Program-made: the position numbers and the translations under genes
In this document: positions 10,851 through 20,527 of the stretch, in pieces
Position numbering within the stretch: position 1 is the stretch's first letter
How the letters are laid out: each line of letters begins with the position of its first letter
The notes under the pieces: generated by a model
Database searches by the model: none
Told to the model about the DNA's origin: nothing
What the model saw: only the letters and a program-made list of their open reading frames with translations
Assembly: GCA_002385625.1 (NCBI GenBank)
Contig: DGDV01000021.1
Span: 5,474 to 69,473, forward strand
Length of the DNA stretch: 64,000 nt
Source of the DNA: Firmicutes bacterium UBA3943
Lineage (GTDB): Bacteria > Bacillota > UBA4882 > UBA10575 > UBA3943
Direction of reading: 5' to 3'

Positions 10851-11665
10851 AGGACATAACTTTGGTGCGCAATGCCGGTACACCTTGGGAAACCAAGGTG
10901 CTGGACTCCGTTTCCCTCCAGATCCGTCCCGGCCGGGCGGTTGGTCTGGTGGGAAACTCCGGCGCGGGGAAATCCAGCTTATTACGGGTAATAGCTGGTT
11001 TAACACCCGTAACCGGGGGGAGTTACGAAAACCGGTTGGGCAAGCCGGTGGGTTTGGTCTTTCAAGAACCCCACCGGGGTTTTTTTGCTGCCAGTGTCTG
11101 GGATGAAGTGGCCTATGGCCCGGAAAGCCTGGGTTGTCCCGTTGATGAGGTTAAGCGCCGCACGAGCGAGGCTTTGTCCCGCGTGGAGCTTCCGCCGGTG
11201 CTCTGGGACAAGTCCCCCTTCCGCTTGTCTGGTGGGGAACAACGCCGGCTGGCCTTGGCTACGGCCTTGGCCATGGCGCCAAAAGCGCTGCTACTGGATG
11301 AACCCACCATTGGGCTGGACCGGTTTGGCCGGGAGATGTTGTACTGCTTGATCCGGGAGGAGCGGAGGCGCCAGGACCACCTGGTGGTAATTGCCTCCCA
11401 TGATCCGGAACTGTTGTTCTCCTTGACCGATGAATTGATCCTTTTGCACCGGGGGAAGCTGGTTTTTCATGCCTCTTGGTCAGCCTGGCGGGAATTTGCC
11501 GGAGTGTTGACTAGTTACGGCGCAAGGTTACCTGCGGCTTTGCAGGCCATAGCCAAGCTGCCGGAGGATTATGGTCTTAAGGGGCAGGAGATTGGCACGC
11601 CTGAAGCAGCCCTTCATGCATTGAAACTGCTCTGGAAGGGAAGATGCAAGCATGGCCGGACTTGA
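10835..11665 (+). CDS. ecfA2: ECF transporter ATPase component EcfA2
   Basis: GNSGAGKS, LSGGEQRR, LLLDEP. Overlaps neighbours on both sides. Confidence 0.9.
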   Translation: MGIYLKDITLVRNAGTPWETKVLDSVSLQIRPGRAVGLVGNSGAGKSSLLRVIAGLTPVTGGSYENRLGKPVGLVFQEPHRGFFAASVWDEVAYGPESLGCPVDEVKRRTSEALSRVELPPVLWDKSPFRLSGGEQRRLALATALAMAPKALLLDEPTIGLDRFGREMLYCLIREERRRQDHLVVIASHDPELLFSLTDELILLHRGKLVFHASWSAWREFAGVLTSYGARLPAALQAIAKLPEDYGLKGQEIGTPEAALHALKLLWKGRCKHGRT

Positions 11666-12431
11666 ACTAACCGGCCGGTACTGGCCGGGCTGCTCCTTCT
11701 GGCACGACCGGGACCCCCGGACAAAACTGGGGTTAGTTACCGGTTATTTACTCCTGATTATCGGACTGGCGGAGGGCAAAGCCCAAATAGTCTTGGCCGG
11801 ACTCTTATTATGCTTGTACATATCGGCGAAAATACCATTGCGCCGGGCTTTGGGCAACCTAATTGCCTTTCGTTGGCTGATCATTCTGACGTTCCTGGCT
11901 AATCTGTTCTTTGTTAGGGGCGCAACGCCACTGGGCTCCCTCGCGTTTGTCACCAGGGAAGGATTGGCAGCGGCGGCTTTATATACATTACGCTTGATCA
12001 ATCTCCTTCTTTGCTCTTTTTGGTTAACGATGACTGTCCGGCCTTTGGCGTTAATTTCAGCCTTGGAGAAGTTACTGCAGCCCTTCCGCAGCTGGTTGCC
12101 GGTGGGGGAGTTTGCTTTGGCCATGGGACTGGCCGTGCGTTTTTTACCGCTGCTGCTGGAAGAAGGCGAAGAGATCAGGCTGGCGCAACAGGCCAGAGGT
12201 GCCGGGCGCCGTTCGGCCTTGCAGAACCTGGTGACTTTGGCTGTTCCCCTGTTTGTTGGCGTGGTCAGGCGTTCTGGCGAATTGGCGGATGCCATGGAGA
12301 TCCGGGGCTATGTCCCAGGAGCGTCTCGGACCGATTGGGCTGGTTCTACCTGGAACAGACGGGAGACTTTGACGCTTTTGGCCGGTTGGAGCGTGTTACT
12401 GTTGCTGGCGTTTGTACTCAAAAATTTGTAA
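11652..12431 (+). CDS. ecfT: ECF transporter transmembrane component EcfT
   Basis: 259-aa multi-TM protein with the EcfT-type ...AMEIRGY... motif. Operon position. Confidence 0.88.
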   Translation: MAGLELTGRYWPGCSFWHDRDPRTKLGLVTGYLLLIIGLAEGKAQIVLAGLLLCLYISAKIPLRRALGNLIAFRWLIILTFLANLFFVRGATPLGSLAFVTREGLAAAALYTLRLINLLLCSFWLTMTVRPLALISALEKLLQPFRSWLPVGEFALAMGLAVRFLPLLLEEGEEIRLAQQARGAGRRSALQNLVTLAVPLFVGVVRRSGELADAMEIRGYVPGASRTDWAGSTWNRRETLTLLAGWSVLLLLAFVLKNL

Positions 12432-12466
12432 GGAGGCGCCGGTGGAGGGTCCGGAGGGTGAAACTG

Positions 12467-13234
12467 GTGAAGGAATGCCGTAATATTAAATTAACCCTGG
12501 CCTATGACGGTACGGGTTATTCTGGTTTTCAACGACAATTAAACACCAAAATGACTATCCAGGAGAAGCTGGAAGAAGCCTTGGGGCGCTTGACCAAAAA
12601 AGAGATTACCCTGCACGGGGCGGGTCGGACCGATGCGGGCGTACACGCCCTGGGACAGGTGGTTAATTTTCGCACCTCCGCTTCGATTCCCGTGGAGAGG
12701 TGGCCCTATGCCCTTCGGGGCCTGCTGCCCCCCGAGATCGTGGTCTACAAAGCGGAGGAAGTGCCAAAGGAGTTTCATGCGCGCTACACGGCGGTGGCCA
12801 AAACCTATATTTACAGAATCTGGAGCGCCCGGTGGCCATCGGTATTTCACCAAAGATATACACTGTTTTATCCGGGGGAGCTTCAAGAAGACCCAATCAG
12901 GGAAACGTTGGAGATCCTCAAGGGCACCCATGATTTCCGGGCTTTTGCCGCCCAAGGATCGGCAGTCCGTAATACCGTGCGGACCATTTCCGCCCTTGTG
13001 TGGGAGGAAAAAGGTGATGAACGGGTTTTAACCGTCCGCGCTGACGGGTTTCTTTATCATATGGTACGAAATATTGTCGGGACCTTGTTGTGGGTGGGAG
13101 AAGGAAGGCTTACGCCGGAGCAGGTCCAAGCCGCCATGGTAGCCGGGCAGCGTAAAGACTTGGGGCCGACGGCACCCCCCATGGGTTTATGTTTAAAAGA
13201 GGTGGAATATCCGCCAAATCATGCCAAAGGGTGA
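12467..13234 (+). CDS. truA: tRNA pseudouridine(38-40) synthase TruA
   Basis: Within ORF 12011-13234. GTG 12467 follows GGAGGG. Reads KECRNIKLTLAYDGTGYSGFQRQ...GAGRTDAGVHA. The earlier part of the ORF overlaps ecfT in another frame. Confidence 0.9.
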   Translation: MKECRNIKLTLAYDGTGYSGFQRQLNTKMTIQEKLEEALGRLTKKEITLHGAGRTDAGVHALGQVVNFRTSASIPVERWPYALRGLLPPEIVVYKAEEVPKEFHARYTAVAKTYIYRIWSARWPSVFHQRYTLFYPGELQEDPIRETLEILKGTHDFRAFAAQGSAVRNTVRTISALVWEEKGDERVLTVRADGFLYHMVRNIVGTLLWVGEGRLTPEQVQAAMVAGQRKDLGPTAPPMGLCLKEVEYPPNHAKG

Positions 13235-13282
13235 AGGCGGCCAAGTCGTCCTGGCGGCCGGAAATGCCGGCGTTAATTGATG

Positions 13283-13311
13283 TTGACACTAATGTATGAT
13301 TTTGTTATAAT
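13283..13311 (+). promoter_or_regulatory. sigma-A type promoter for rplM-rpsI
   Basis: Perfect TTGACA (13283-13288), 17-bp spacer, perfect TATAAT (13306-13311). Confidence 0.7.
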
Positions 13312-13422
13312 GTAAGAGTTCATGATTTGGTGGTAATCAATCCGTGGTTGACTCTAGCCCCGTGTCACCCCGTGATGATTAATAAATACCAAGGAATCCC
13401 TGAATTTAGGAGGTCGACTCAC
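13312..13422 (+). promoter_or_regulatory. 5' leader of rplM (candidate L13 autoregulatory leader)
   Basis: About 110-nt untranslated leader between the consensus promoter and the rplM RBS (AGGAGG 13408-13413). Firmicutes carry an L13 leader RNA at this position. I could not verify the structure by eye. Confidence 0.3.
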
Positions 13423-13857
13423 GTGCGCACCTATATGGCCAAGCCCAACGAGGTGGAGAAGAAGTGGTATGTGGTGGACGCCAAGGGGATCCCCCTCGGT
13501 CGTCTGGCTAGTAAAGTTGCAGCCCTCCTCCGCGGAAAGCATAAACCTCAGTTTACTCCCGGGGTGGACTGCGGAGACCATGTGATCATTATTAATGCGG
13601 ATAAAGTGGTTCTGACCGGGAACAAAGCAGAAGACAAGATCCGGTATTCCCATACCCTTTATCCCGGTGGTTTAAAGGCGGTTAAGTACTCCGAACTGCT
13701 GGAGAAGCGGCCTGATGTGGCCCTGACCAAGACCATCTGGGGCATGTTGCCCCACAATCGCCTGGGTCGCCAGCAGATTAAGAAGCTCAAAGTCTACCGG
13801 GGAGCCGAACATCCCCATGTAGCGCAAAAACCGGAAACCATAACGATTGAAGGGTAA
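13423..13857 (+). CDS. rplM: 50S ribosomal protein L13
   Basis: GTG 13423 gives [22 protein letters not shown], a typical L13 N-terminus. The ORF-track start at 13327 lies inside the leader. Confidence 0.94.
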   Translation: MRTYMAKPNEVEKKWYVVDAKGIPLGRLASKVAALLRGKHKPQFTPGVDCGDHVIIINADKVVLTGNKAEDKIRYSHTLYPGGLKAVKYSELLEKRPDVALTKTIWGMLPHNRLGRQQIKKLKVYRGAEHPHVAQKPETITIEG

Positions 13858-13880
13858 CTGAGTGAAGGGAGGATACTTCC

Positions 13881-14291
13881 TTGCCTAGGGCGAAGAAAGC
13901 ACAGAAGACAGTTTATTACGGAACCGGCCGCCGGAAAACATCCGTGGCCAAGGTTCGTGTTGTTCCCGGTCAGGGAAAGATCATGGTCAACAACAAAGAG
14001 GTTGGCGAGTACTTTGGACGTAAAGTCCTGGAAGTAATGGTGCGGCAACCCTTGGAACTGACCGGTACAAACGATAAATATGACGTGATTGCCAGTGTGT
14101 CCGGTGGCGGGACCAGCGGGCAGGCGGGCGCAGTCCGGCATGGCATTTCCCGGGCATTGCTCCGCATCGCCGATGATTTCCGTACTCCGCTGAAGCGAGC
14201 CGGTTTCCTCACCAGGGATCCGCGGGTCAAAGAGCGGCGGAAATACGGACTTAAGAAAGCCCGTAAAGCATCGCAATTCTCTAAACGGTAA
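13881..14291 (+). CDS. rpsI: 30S ribosomal protein S9
   Basis: TTG start. ...[19 protein letters not shown]...[12 protein letters not shown]. Confidence 0.95.
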   Translation: MPRAKKAQKTVYYGTGRRKTSVAKVRVVPGQGKIMVNNKEVGEYFGRKVLEVMVRQPLELTGTNDKYDVIASVSGGGTSGQAGAVRHGISRALLRIADDFRTPLKRAGFLTRDPRVKERRKYGLKKARKASQFSKR

Positions 14292-14302
14292 TTTCGCTGG
14301 AG

Positions 14303-14335
14303 AAAGCAGCCTGGAACAAAAGGGCTGCTTTTGTC
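14303..14335 (+). terminator. intrinsic terminator after rpsI
   Basis: AAAGCAGCC (14303-14311) pairs with GGCTGCTTT (14323-14331), followed by a T-rich tail. Confidence 0.7.
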
Positions 14336-14375
14336 ATAGCGGTAAAAAACGCCATTACTTCCGGGGATTTTCCGG

Positions 14376-16520
14376 GTGCTGACCGGAACCATCGGGAAGA
14401 AAAGGCGTTTTCTTATTTGGAGTTATGTCACTAAGCCTGGACGGGGTGATGTTGTGAGACGTCGCGTGATCACTTTGATAAGCCTGTCGATGGCGATTAT
14501 CCTCTTTGGTTCCATGGCCTATGCCGCGGTAATTACCAAGGATATGCGCAGAAAGCTGGAGAACATCCGGCTTGCTTCCACGGTATATGACAGGAACGGT
14601 AAAGTCATTGGTAATCTCTATTTCAGCAAGCGGATCTGGACACCCCTGAACAAGATGCCCGCCAACCTGAAAAATGCTGTGATTGCCATTGAAGATTCCC
14701 GTTTTTACCAGCACAATGGTATTGACCCAAAGGGTATGGCCAGGGCCTTCTTCCGCAACTTACAACCCGGCGGGAACAAGGAAGGCGGCAGTACAATTAC
14801 GCAGCAACTGGCCAAGATTGTGCTTCTCTCCTCCGAACGGACTATCTCCCGTAAACTCAAAGATATCTCCTATGCCATGGAGATTGAGCGGGTATATAGC
14901 AAGGATGAGATCCTGGAACTCTATCTGAATAGTGTTTATCTAGCCCATGGCAATGTGGGTATGGAAGCGGCCTCCCGCTACTACTTCGGCAAATCGGTGG
15001 ATAAGTTATCACTGGATCAGGCGGCCTTATTGGCCGGGCTCATCCAAAGCCCGGAGAACTACTCGCCGGTCAAGCACCCCAAGGAAGCGCTGACCCGCCG
15101 TAATGTGGTTCTCAAGCGGATGTTTGAACTGAAATATATCACCAATGCCCAGTACCAGGCAGCGCTAAAAAAACCGGTCAAGGTGGTGAAGACTGCTGAC
15201 AAAGCGCCGGTGGCTGGTTATTTCCTGGATTATGTCCGGGAGTATCTGCTGCAAGAAGTGGGCATGACCGAAGAGCAGCTACGGTTTGGCGGTTATAAGA
15301 TCTACACTTCACTGGATCTGAACATGCAACGCCAAGCCGAGCAGACTATGGCCAAACTTCCTGTGGTATCTAACGCCAAGACGCAACCCCAAGGCGCTTT
15401 GGTCACATTGGATCCTAATAATGGTCAAGTCCTGGCCATGGTGGGCGGGCGGAGTTATTCCGAAAGCCAGTATAACCGGGCGGTTAAATCCCACCGCCAA
15501 CCAGGGTCGACCATCAAACCATTCATCTATGCCACGGCGCTGGAGAAGGGCTACACCGCGGCTACGATTATGGAAGACCGGGCCCTCAGCATTCCCCTGG
15601 CGAACGGCGGGATCTGGGAACCCAAGAATTACGATGGGGAGTACCTGGGACCTGTCTCTCTCCGGGTGGCCTTGCGGAAATCCATTAATACCATTGCCGT
15701 CCAGTTGCTCCAGGAGATCGGTATTGAGCCCGTGGTGGAGCAGATGGAGAAGATGGGTATCACCAGTCTGGTGAAGACAGGTGTTAATAACGATTTGAAT
15801 CTCGCCCCCCTGTCCCTGGGCGGGTTGACCAAAGGAGTAACCCCATTGGAACTGGCGGCAGCCTACGCACCCTTTGCCAATTTGGGCAGATCCGTTAAAC
15901 CCTACGCCGTGTTAAAGATTACGGACAAAAACGGCAAACTGGTCCGGAGATTTACCCCGGTCAGACAGCGGGCGTTGTCGGAACAAACGGCGTATATCAT
16001 GACTTCGTTGATGCAAGATGTGATGGAGCAAGGTACGGGCTGGCGCGCCCGGCTGCCGGGCCGCCCAGCGGCGGGTAAAACCGGCACCAGCAGTGACTAC
16101 ACCAATGCTTGGTTTGCCGGGTATACCCCCGACCTGCTGACGGTGGTCTGGATCGGCAATGACCGCCAGGACCAGTCCATGCGGTATAAAAACCTGACCA
16201 TCGGCAGCGGGACGGCGGCCGGGTTATGGAAGGAGTATATGACCGGCATTACAAAGGGTCGCCCGGTCCGGGATTTCCGGGAACCGCCGGGAATTATCTG
16301 GGCGGATGTAAATCCGGCGACCGGAGAGGTAGTCCCCGGTTGGCTGGCGCGGGATACGTACAAAGAGGTGTTTAACGAGAATAATGTCCCGGCCAGCCGG
16401 TCTTATAAGATTTGGCGGTGGTTCTTCCCCGGCAGGAAACGGGGGGCACAAGAGGATGATGCTGCAGGCATGCCGGACCAAGCCGGACCAGAAGAAGCTC
16501 CCGAGGATAATTGGTTGTAG
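14376..16520 (+). CDS. class A penicillin-binding protein (PBP1A family, transglycosylase/transpeptidase)
   Basis: GT51 motifs EDSRFYQHNGID and GGSTITQQL. Transpeptidase motifs STIKP and KTGTS. N-terminal TM helix. The true start is probably GTG 14454 (VRRRVITLISL). Confidence 0.9.
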   Translation: MLTGTIGKKRRFLIWSYVTKPGRGDVVRRRVITLISLSMAIILFGSMAYAAVITKDMRRKLENIRLASTVYDRNGKVIGNLYFSKRIWTPLNKMPANLKNAVIAIEDSRFYQHNGIDPKGMARAFFRNLQPGGNKEGGSTITQQLAKIVLLSSERTISRKLKDISYAMEIERVYSKDEILELYLNSVYLAHGNVGMEAASRYYFGKSVDKLSLDQAALLAGLIQSPENYSPVKHPKEALTRRNVVLKRMFELKYITNAQYQAALKKPVKVVKTADKAPVAGYFLDYVREYLLQEVGMTEEQLRFGGYKIYTSLDLNMQRQAEQTMAKLPVVSNAKTQPQGALVTLDPNNGQVLAMVGGRSYSESQYNRAVKSHRQPGSTIKPFIYATALEKGYTAATIMEDRALSIPLANGGIWEPKNYDGEYLGPVSLRVALRKSINTIAVQLLQEIGIEPVVEQMEKMGITSLVKTGVNNDLNLAPLSLGGLTKGVTPLELAAAYAPFANLGRSVKPYAVLKITDKNGKLVRRFTPVRQRALSEQTAYIMTSLMQDVMEQGTGWRARLPGRPAAGKTGTSSDYTNAWFAGYTPDLLTVVWIGNDRQDQSMRYKNLTIGSGTAAGLWKEYMTGITKGRPVRDFREPPGIIWADVNPATGEVVPGWLARDTYKEVFNENNVPASRSYKIWRWFFPGRKRGAQEDDAAGMPDQAGPEEAPEDNWL

Positions 16521-16561
16521 CAGGGAAGATGGAAACTTTTCTGTCAAGTTCCCGAGTTAAC

Positions 16562-16590
16562 TTGACGGGAACGAAGAAAAACGGTAGAAT
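16562..16590 (+). promoter_or_regulatory. promoter of the pflB-pflA operon
   Basis: TTGACG (16562-16567), 17 bp, TAGAAT (16585-16590). The -35 is embedded in nested inverted repeats at 16543-16572. Confidence 0.6.
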
Positions 16591-16601
16591 CAAAATGTAA
16601 A

Positions 16602-16705
16602 GGCCCCGTATGACTGGCGGAGCAGTGGAGAAACCACGGGGGAGTACGGGGATGTGAATTGCCGGCCGCCTGGGCACAATATGCCCGGGCGGCTTTATAT
16701 TTTAC
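16602..16705 (+). promoter_or_regulatory. ZTP riboswitch (pfl motif) with terminator expression platform
   Basis: P1 is CCCCGUA (16604-10) paired with UACGGGG (16645-51). It encloses UGACUGGCG and the hairpin CAGUGG-AGAAA-CCACGG followed by GGGAG. After a short linker comes the conserved CCGCCUGGGCA (16666-76). That same segment is the 5' arm of an 11-bp stem (16665-75/16683-93) followed by UUUAUAUUUU, a terminator. Matches my recollection of the ZTP/pfl-motif consensus and sits in front of pflB. Confidence 0.8.
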
Positions 16706-16722
16706 AGTTGGGAGGAATGACC

Positions 16723-18942
16723 ATGGATGCTTGGCGCGGATTTAAAGGAGTAACTTGGCGGGAACGCATCGATGTGACGGACTTTGTCCGGACAAACTAT
16801 GAACCCTATGCGGGGGACAGCAAGTTCTTATCCGGCCCCTCCGAACGGACCCGGCGTCTCTGGCAAAAGTGCCAGGAACTCTTCGCAAAAGAGCGGGCGG
16901 CCGGTGGTGTACTGGCCATTGATACCAAACGGGTGGCGGGCATCACTGCTTGGCCGCCAGGGTATATTGACAAGGAAGACGAGCTCATTGTGGGGCTGCA
17001 GACAGATCAACCCCTAAAACGGATGGTTAATCCCTGGGGCGGTTGGCGGATGGTGGAGGCGGCCTGCAAAGCCCGGGGTGTTGAACCGGATCCTACCATG
17101 AAAAAGATCTTTACCCGTTACCGCCGGACCCAGAATGAGGCGATTTTTCGGATCTATACACCGGCTATGCGCCAGGCCCGGCATCTGGGGATCATCACTG
17201 GCCTGCCCGATGCTTACGGCCGCGGGCGCTTGATCGGCGATTACAGGCGGATCCCGCTGTATGGCGCAAATTTCTTGATTGAGCAAAAACGCAAGGACCT
17301 TTATGCCCTGGACAATGTGGATGATACCACCATTCACCTCCGGGAAGACATTGCTGACCAGGTACGGGCCCTGGAGCGCATGATTGAACTGGGTTTGGCC
17401 TACGGGTGTGATATCTCCCGCCCGGCTGTTAATGCCCATGAGGCGGTGCAATGGCTTTATCTTGCCTACCTTTGCGCCATCAAAGAACAAAACGGCGCCG
17501 CCATGTCCTTTGGGCACAACAGTCCCTTCCTGGATATTTACATCCAACGGGATCTGGCCGAGGGGACTTTGACCGAAGAACAGGCCCAGGAACTCATTGA
17601 CCAATTGGTGATGAAACTGCGGATGGTGCGGCATCTTAGGACTCCCGAATATGACGAACTGTTTGCCGGCGACCCGGTTTGGGTCACCGAGTCCCTGGGC
17701 GGTTTGGCGGAAGACGGTCGTCCCTTGGTGACCAAGACTGATTTCCGTTGGTTACAGACCTTGCGTAATCTGGGGCCGGCCCCGGAACCGAATTTGACGA
17801 TCCTGTGGAGCCCCAGGTTGCCCGAGGGATTCCGTAATTTCTGCGCCGAGGTGGCCATTGAGACCTCAGCCCTGCAGTTTGAGAATGATGAGATTATGCG
17901 GCCCATCTTCGGCGATGATTACGGCATCTCCTGTTGCGTCTCCGCCACGCGCCTGGGCAAGGATATGCAGTTCTTCGGCGCCCGGGTCAACCTGGCCAAA
18001 GCTCTCTTATTGGCGATTAACGGCGGTCGGGATGAGATCTCCGGTGATCAGGTTTTGGAAGTTCCGGAACTCCAAGGGGAGGTCCTGGAGTGGGAACAGG
18101 TTTGGGCCAATTTTGAAAAGGTAATGACCTGGTTGTCGGTGTTGTACAGCCGGACCATGAACTGCATCCACTACATGCATGACAAGTACAACTATGAACG
18201 GGTGCAGATGGCGTTGATTGATTCCAATCCCAACCGGTTCATGTCCTTTGGTATTGCGGGCCTGTCGGTGGTGGCTGATTCCTTGAGCGCCATCAAGTAT
18301 GCCCGGGTTAAGGTCGTCCGTGATGAGCGGGGCATTGCCAAAGAGTTTCAGATTGAAGGGGACTTCCCCTGCTTTGGTAATGACGATGACCGGGTGGACG
18401 GCTTGGCGGTGCGGGTGATCCGGTACTTCTATTCATCCCTGGCGCAGCAGCCCATTTATAGGAAGGCCGTGCCGACGTTGTCCATTCTGACGATTACCTC
18501 CAATGTGGTTTACGGGAAGAAGACCGGCGCCACCCCCGACGGGCGGCCAGCCGGCAAGCCCTTTGCGCCTGGGGCCAATCCCATGCACGGCCGGGAGAAA
18601 ACAGGCGTGGTGGCGGCCATGCGGTCTGTGGCCAAGCTGCCCTATGATATCTGCCGGGACGGGATCTCCTATACCTTCTCCATTACCCCGCGGGCCTTGG
18701 GCCAGGATGAGAAGGAACGGGTCAAAAACTTGAAGGGCCTGATTGACGGATATTTTGACGCCCGGGGCCATCACATTAATGTTAATGTCTACAGCCGGGA
18801 GACCCTGATTGATGCTATGGAGCATCCCGAACTCTACCCCAACCTGACCATACGTGTCTCGGGTTATGCCGTTCATTTCACCAAACTCAGCCGTGAGCAG
18901 CAGCAAGAGGTCATTGAACGGACGATTTATGAGCGCTTGTAA
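16723..18942 (+). CDS. pflB: pyruvate formate-lyase (glycyl radical enzyme)
   Basis: ATG 16723 follows GGGAGG. Active-site GISCCVSA. C-terminal glycyl radical motif [11 protein letters not shown]. 739 aa. Confidence 0.93.
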   Translation: MDAWRGFKGVTWRERIDVTDFVRTNYEPYAGDSKFLSGPSERTRRLWQKCQELFAKERAAGGVLAIDTKRVAGITAWPPGYIDKEDELIVGLQTDQPLKRMVNPWGGWRMVEAACKARGVEPDPTMKKIFTRYRRTQNEAIFRIYTPAMRQARHLGIITGLPDAYGRGRLIGDYRRIPLYGANFLIEQKRKDLYALDNVDDTTIHLREDIADQVRALERMIELGLAYGCDISRPAVNAHEAVQWLYLAYLCAIKEQNGAAMSFGHNSPFLDIYIQRDLAEGTLTEEQAQELIDQLVMKLRMVRHLRTPEYDELFAGDPVWVTESLGGLAEDGRPLVTKTDFRWLQTLRNLGPAPEPNLTILWSPRLPEGFRNFCAEVAIETSALQFENDEIMRPIFGDDYGISCCVSATRLGKDMQFFGARVNLAKALLLAINGGRDEISGDQVLEVPELQGEVLEWEQVWANFEKVMTWLSVLYSRTMNCIHYMHDKYNYERVQMALIDSNPNRFMSFGIAGLSVVADSLSAIKYARVKVVRDERGIAKEFQIEGDFPCFGNDDDRVDGLAVRVIRYFYSSLAQQPIYRKAVPTLSILTITSNVVYGKKTGATPDGRPAGKPFAPGANPMHGREKTGVVAAMRSVAKLPYDICRDGISYTFSITPRALGQDEKERVKNLKGLIDGYFDARGHHINVNVYSRETLIDAMEHPELYPNLTIRVSGYAVHFTKLSREQQQEVIERTIYERL

Positions 18943-18953
18943 AGCGGCAAGGA

Positions 18954-19670
18954 GTGACAGGTTTGGGGCGCATCCAACAAATCCAAAGCTTTAGCACATT
19001 TGACGGGCCGGGCACCCGGTGTGTGGTGTTCCTGCAGGGCTGTCCCATGGGCTGTATCTTCTGCCATAACCCGGACTCTTGGGACGCGGCGGGCGGTGAA
19101 GAAGTCGGGGTGGAGGAACTGATCCACCGGATTGAACGGTTTCGCCGGTTTCTGTCAGCACCGGGCCTGACCTTGACCGGTGGTGAGCCCCTCCTGCAGG
19201 CGGAGTTTACTGCCGAGGTAATCGATGCGGCCCATGAGCGGGGGTGGCATGTGGCCTTGGATACCTCCGGCTGGGGGCCGGAGGAACGGTTTATGCAGGT
19301 GGCTGGTAAGGCTGACCTGGTCATGTTCTCCATTAAACATCCCTTGGAACCGGAGCTGGTGGCCAACCATGGGGCGCGGGAGGCTTTGGCTAACTGGCGA
19401 AACCTGGCCCGGCTTTCCGTACCAGTTTGGCTCCGGTATGTACTGATTACAGGACGGACAGATCAGCCCGAAGCCTTGCGGGCCTTAGGGGAATTAGCCA
19501 AGGAACAGCCTAATCTGGAACGGGTGGAGATCTTGCCTTACAATAGTTTGGCGGAGAACAAATGGGCCAAACTCGGCTGGCGGTTTCCTTTGCATGAGGG
19601 GGCAGACCCCAAAGTGACGGAGGAACAGATCCGTCAGGCCGAGATGCTGGTTGGTTGGAAGAAACTTTGA
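18954..19670 (+). CDS. pflA: pyruvate formate-lyase activating enzyme (radical SAM)
   Basis: CPMGCIFCHNP radical-SAM cluster motif, directly downstream of pflB. Start is GTG 18954 or TTG 18963. Confidence 0.9.
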   Translation: MTGLGRIQQIQSFSTFDGPGTRCVVFLQGCPMGCIFCHNPDSWDAAGGEEVGVEELIHRIERFRRFLSAPGLTLTGGEPLLQAEFTAEVIDAAHERGWHVALDTSGWGPEERFMQVAGKADLVMFSIKHPLEPELVANHGAREALANWRNLARLSVPVWLRYVLITGRTDQPEALRALGELAKEQPNLERVEILPYNSLAENKWAKLGWRFPLHEGADPKVTEEQIRQAEMLVGWKKL

Positions 19671-19708
19671 TTTAAAACTGGGAAAACTTTTTTCAGCGAT
19701 TAAGTTTA

Positions 19709-19745
19709 GGCGGAGACCGACGGGTTTCCGCCATTTTCTATTTTC
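19709..19745 (+). terminator. intrinsic terminator after pflA
   Basis: GGCGGA (19709-14) pairs with TCCGCC (19727-32), followed by ATTTTCTATTTTC. Confidence 0.6.
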
Positions 19746-19837
19746 TGTGGCAAAGAAGGGAATACGACGATTTGATGGAATAAAAAGCATTATCACAAAG
19801 AAGCCGTGGGCGTTTCCAGGAAGGTGGTGGTGGTAAG

Positions 19838-20440
19838 TTGGAGCAGGAAATGATCCTGGCCGAGTTGGCGGCCCTCAAAGCAAAGGTGGTAAACTGCCGG
19901 GCCTGCGGGCTTAGGGCCGGTTGCCAATAGGTGGTCTTTGGCGAAGGTTACCCCGGTTTAATGGTGATTGGGGAAGGCCCGGGGGCGGATGAAGACCGTC
20001 TGGGCCGGCCCTTTGTGGGGAAAGCCGGGCAATTGTTGGATAAGATCTTGGCCTCCGGCGGTTTTGACCGGCACCGGAACGCATATATTGCCAATGTGGT
20101 CAAATGCCGGCCACCGGGGAACCGGGTGCCGACGCCCACCGAGTGCCTGGCTTGCCTGCCGTATTTGCGGGAACAGATGTACATCCTGCAACCAAAGGTG
20201 GTGCTGCTCCTGGGCGCCACGGCCCTGCGGGGCGTCCTGGGTGTGACGGAAGGGATCACCAAGGCCCGGGGGAACTGGATTGAACAGGACGGCGTCTGGT
20301 ATCTGCCCACCTTCCATCCGGCGGCGCTTTTACGGGACCCCCGGCGGAAAGTTGAGGTCTGGGCCGATATCCAATCGCTCTTTTGGAAGTACCGGGAATT
20401 GGTGGATCCGCAGCATACCAGCCCGTTTATTCCCGCTTAG
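19838..20440 (+). pseudogene. family 4 uracil-DNA glycosylase interrupted by an in-frame TAG (19928-19930)
   Basis: The downstream part (19931-20440) reads VVFGEGYPGLMVIGEGPGADEDRLGRPFVGKAGQLL...VKCRPP...FHPAALLR. In the same frame, immediately upstream, is ...AELAALKAKVVNCRACGLRAGCQ followed by TAG. This reproduces the family-4 N-terminal CxxC Fe-S ligand segment. Confidence 0.75.
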
Positions 20441-20527
20441 GCGGGCGAAGTTAAGAGAGTTTGACATTTGCCGGCCGGATCCGGTGTTATTCCGGCGGGT
20501 ACAGGAAAACATAATGAGGTGAGAGAT

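Noticed and set aside
12011-12466. Long N-terminal extension of the truA ORF (407 aa in the ORF track)
   Set aside because: The extension overlaps ecfT in another frame and is Arg/Gly-rich nonsense. The conserved TruA sequence begins at about 12467 behind a GGAGGG RBS.
19928-19930. Genome-wide reassignment of TAG as a sense codon
   Set aside because: TAG clearly terminates several conserved genes in this same window (rplN, rplE, rpsE, rplO, adk). Any readthrough would have to be local or context-dependent, and a simple pseudogene or sequencing error is more parsimonious.
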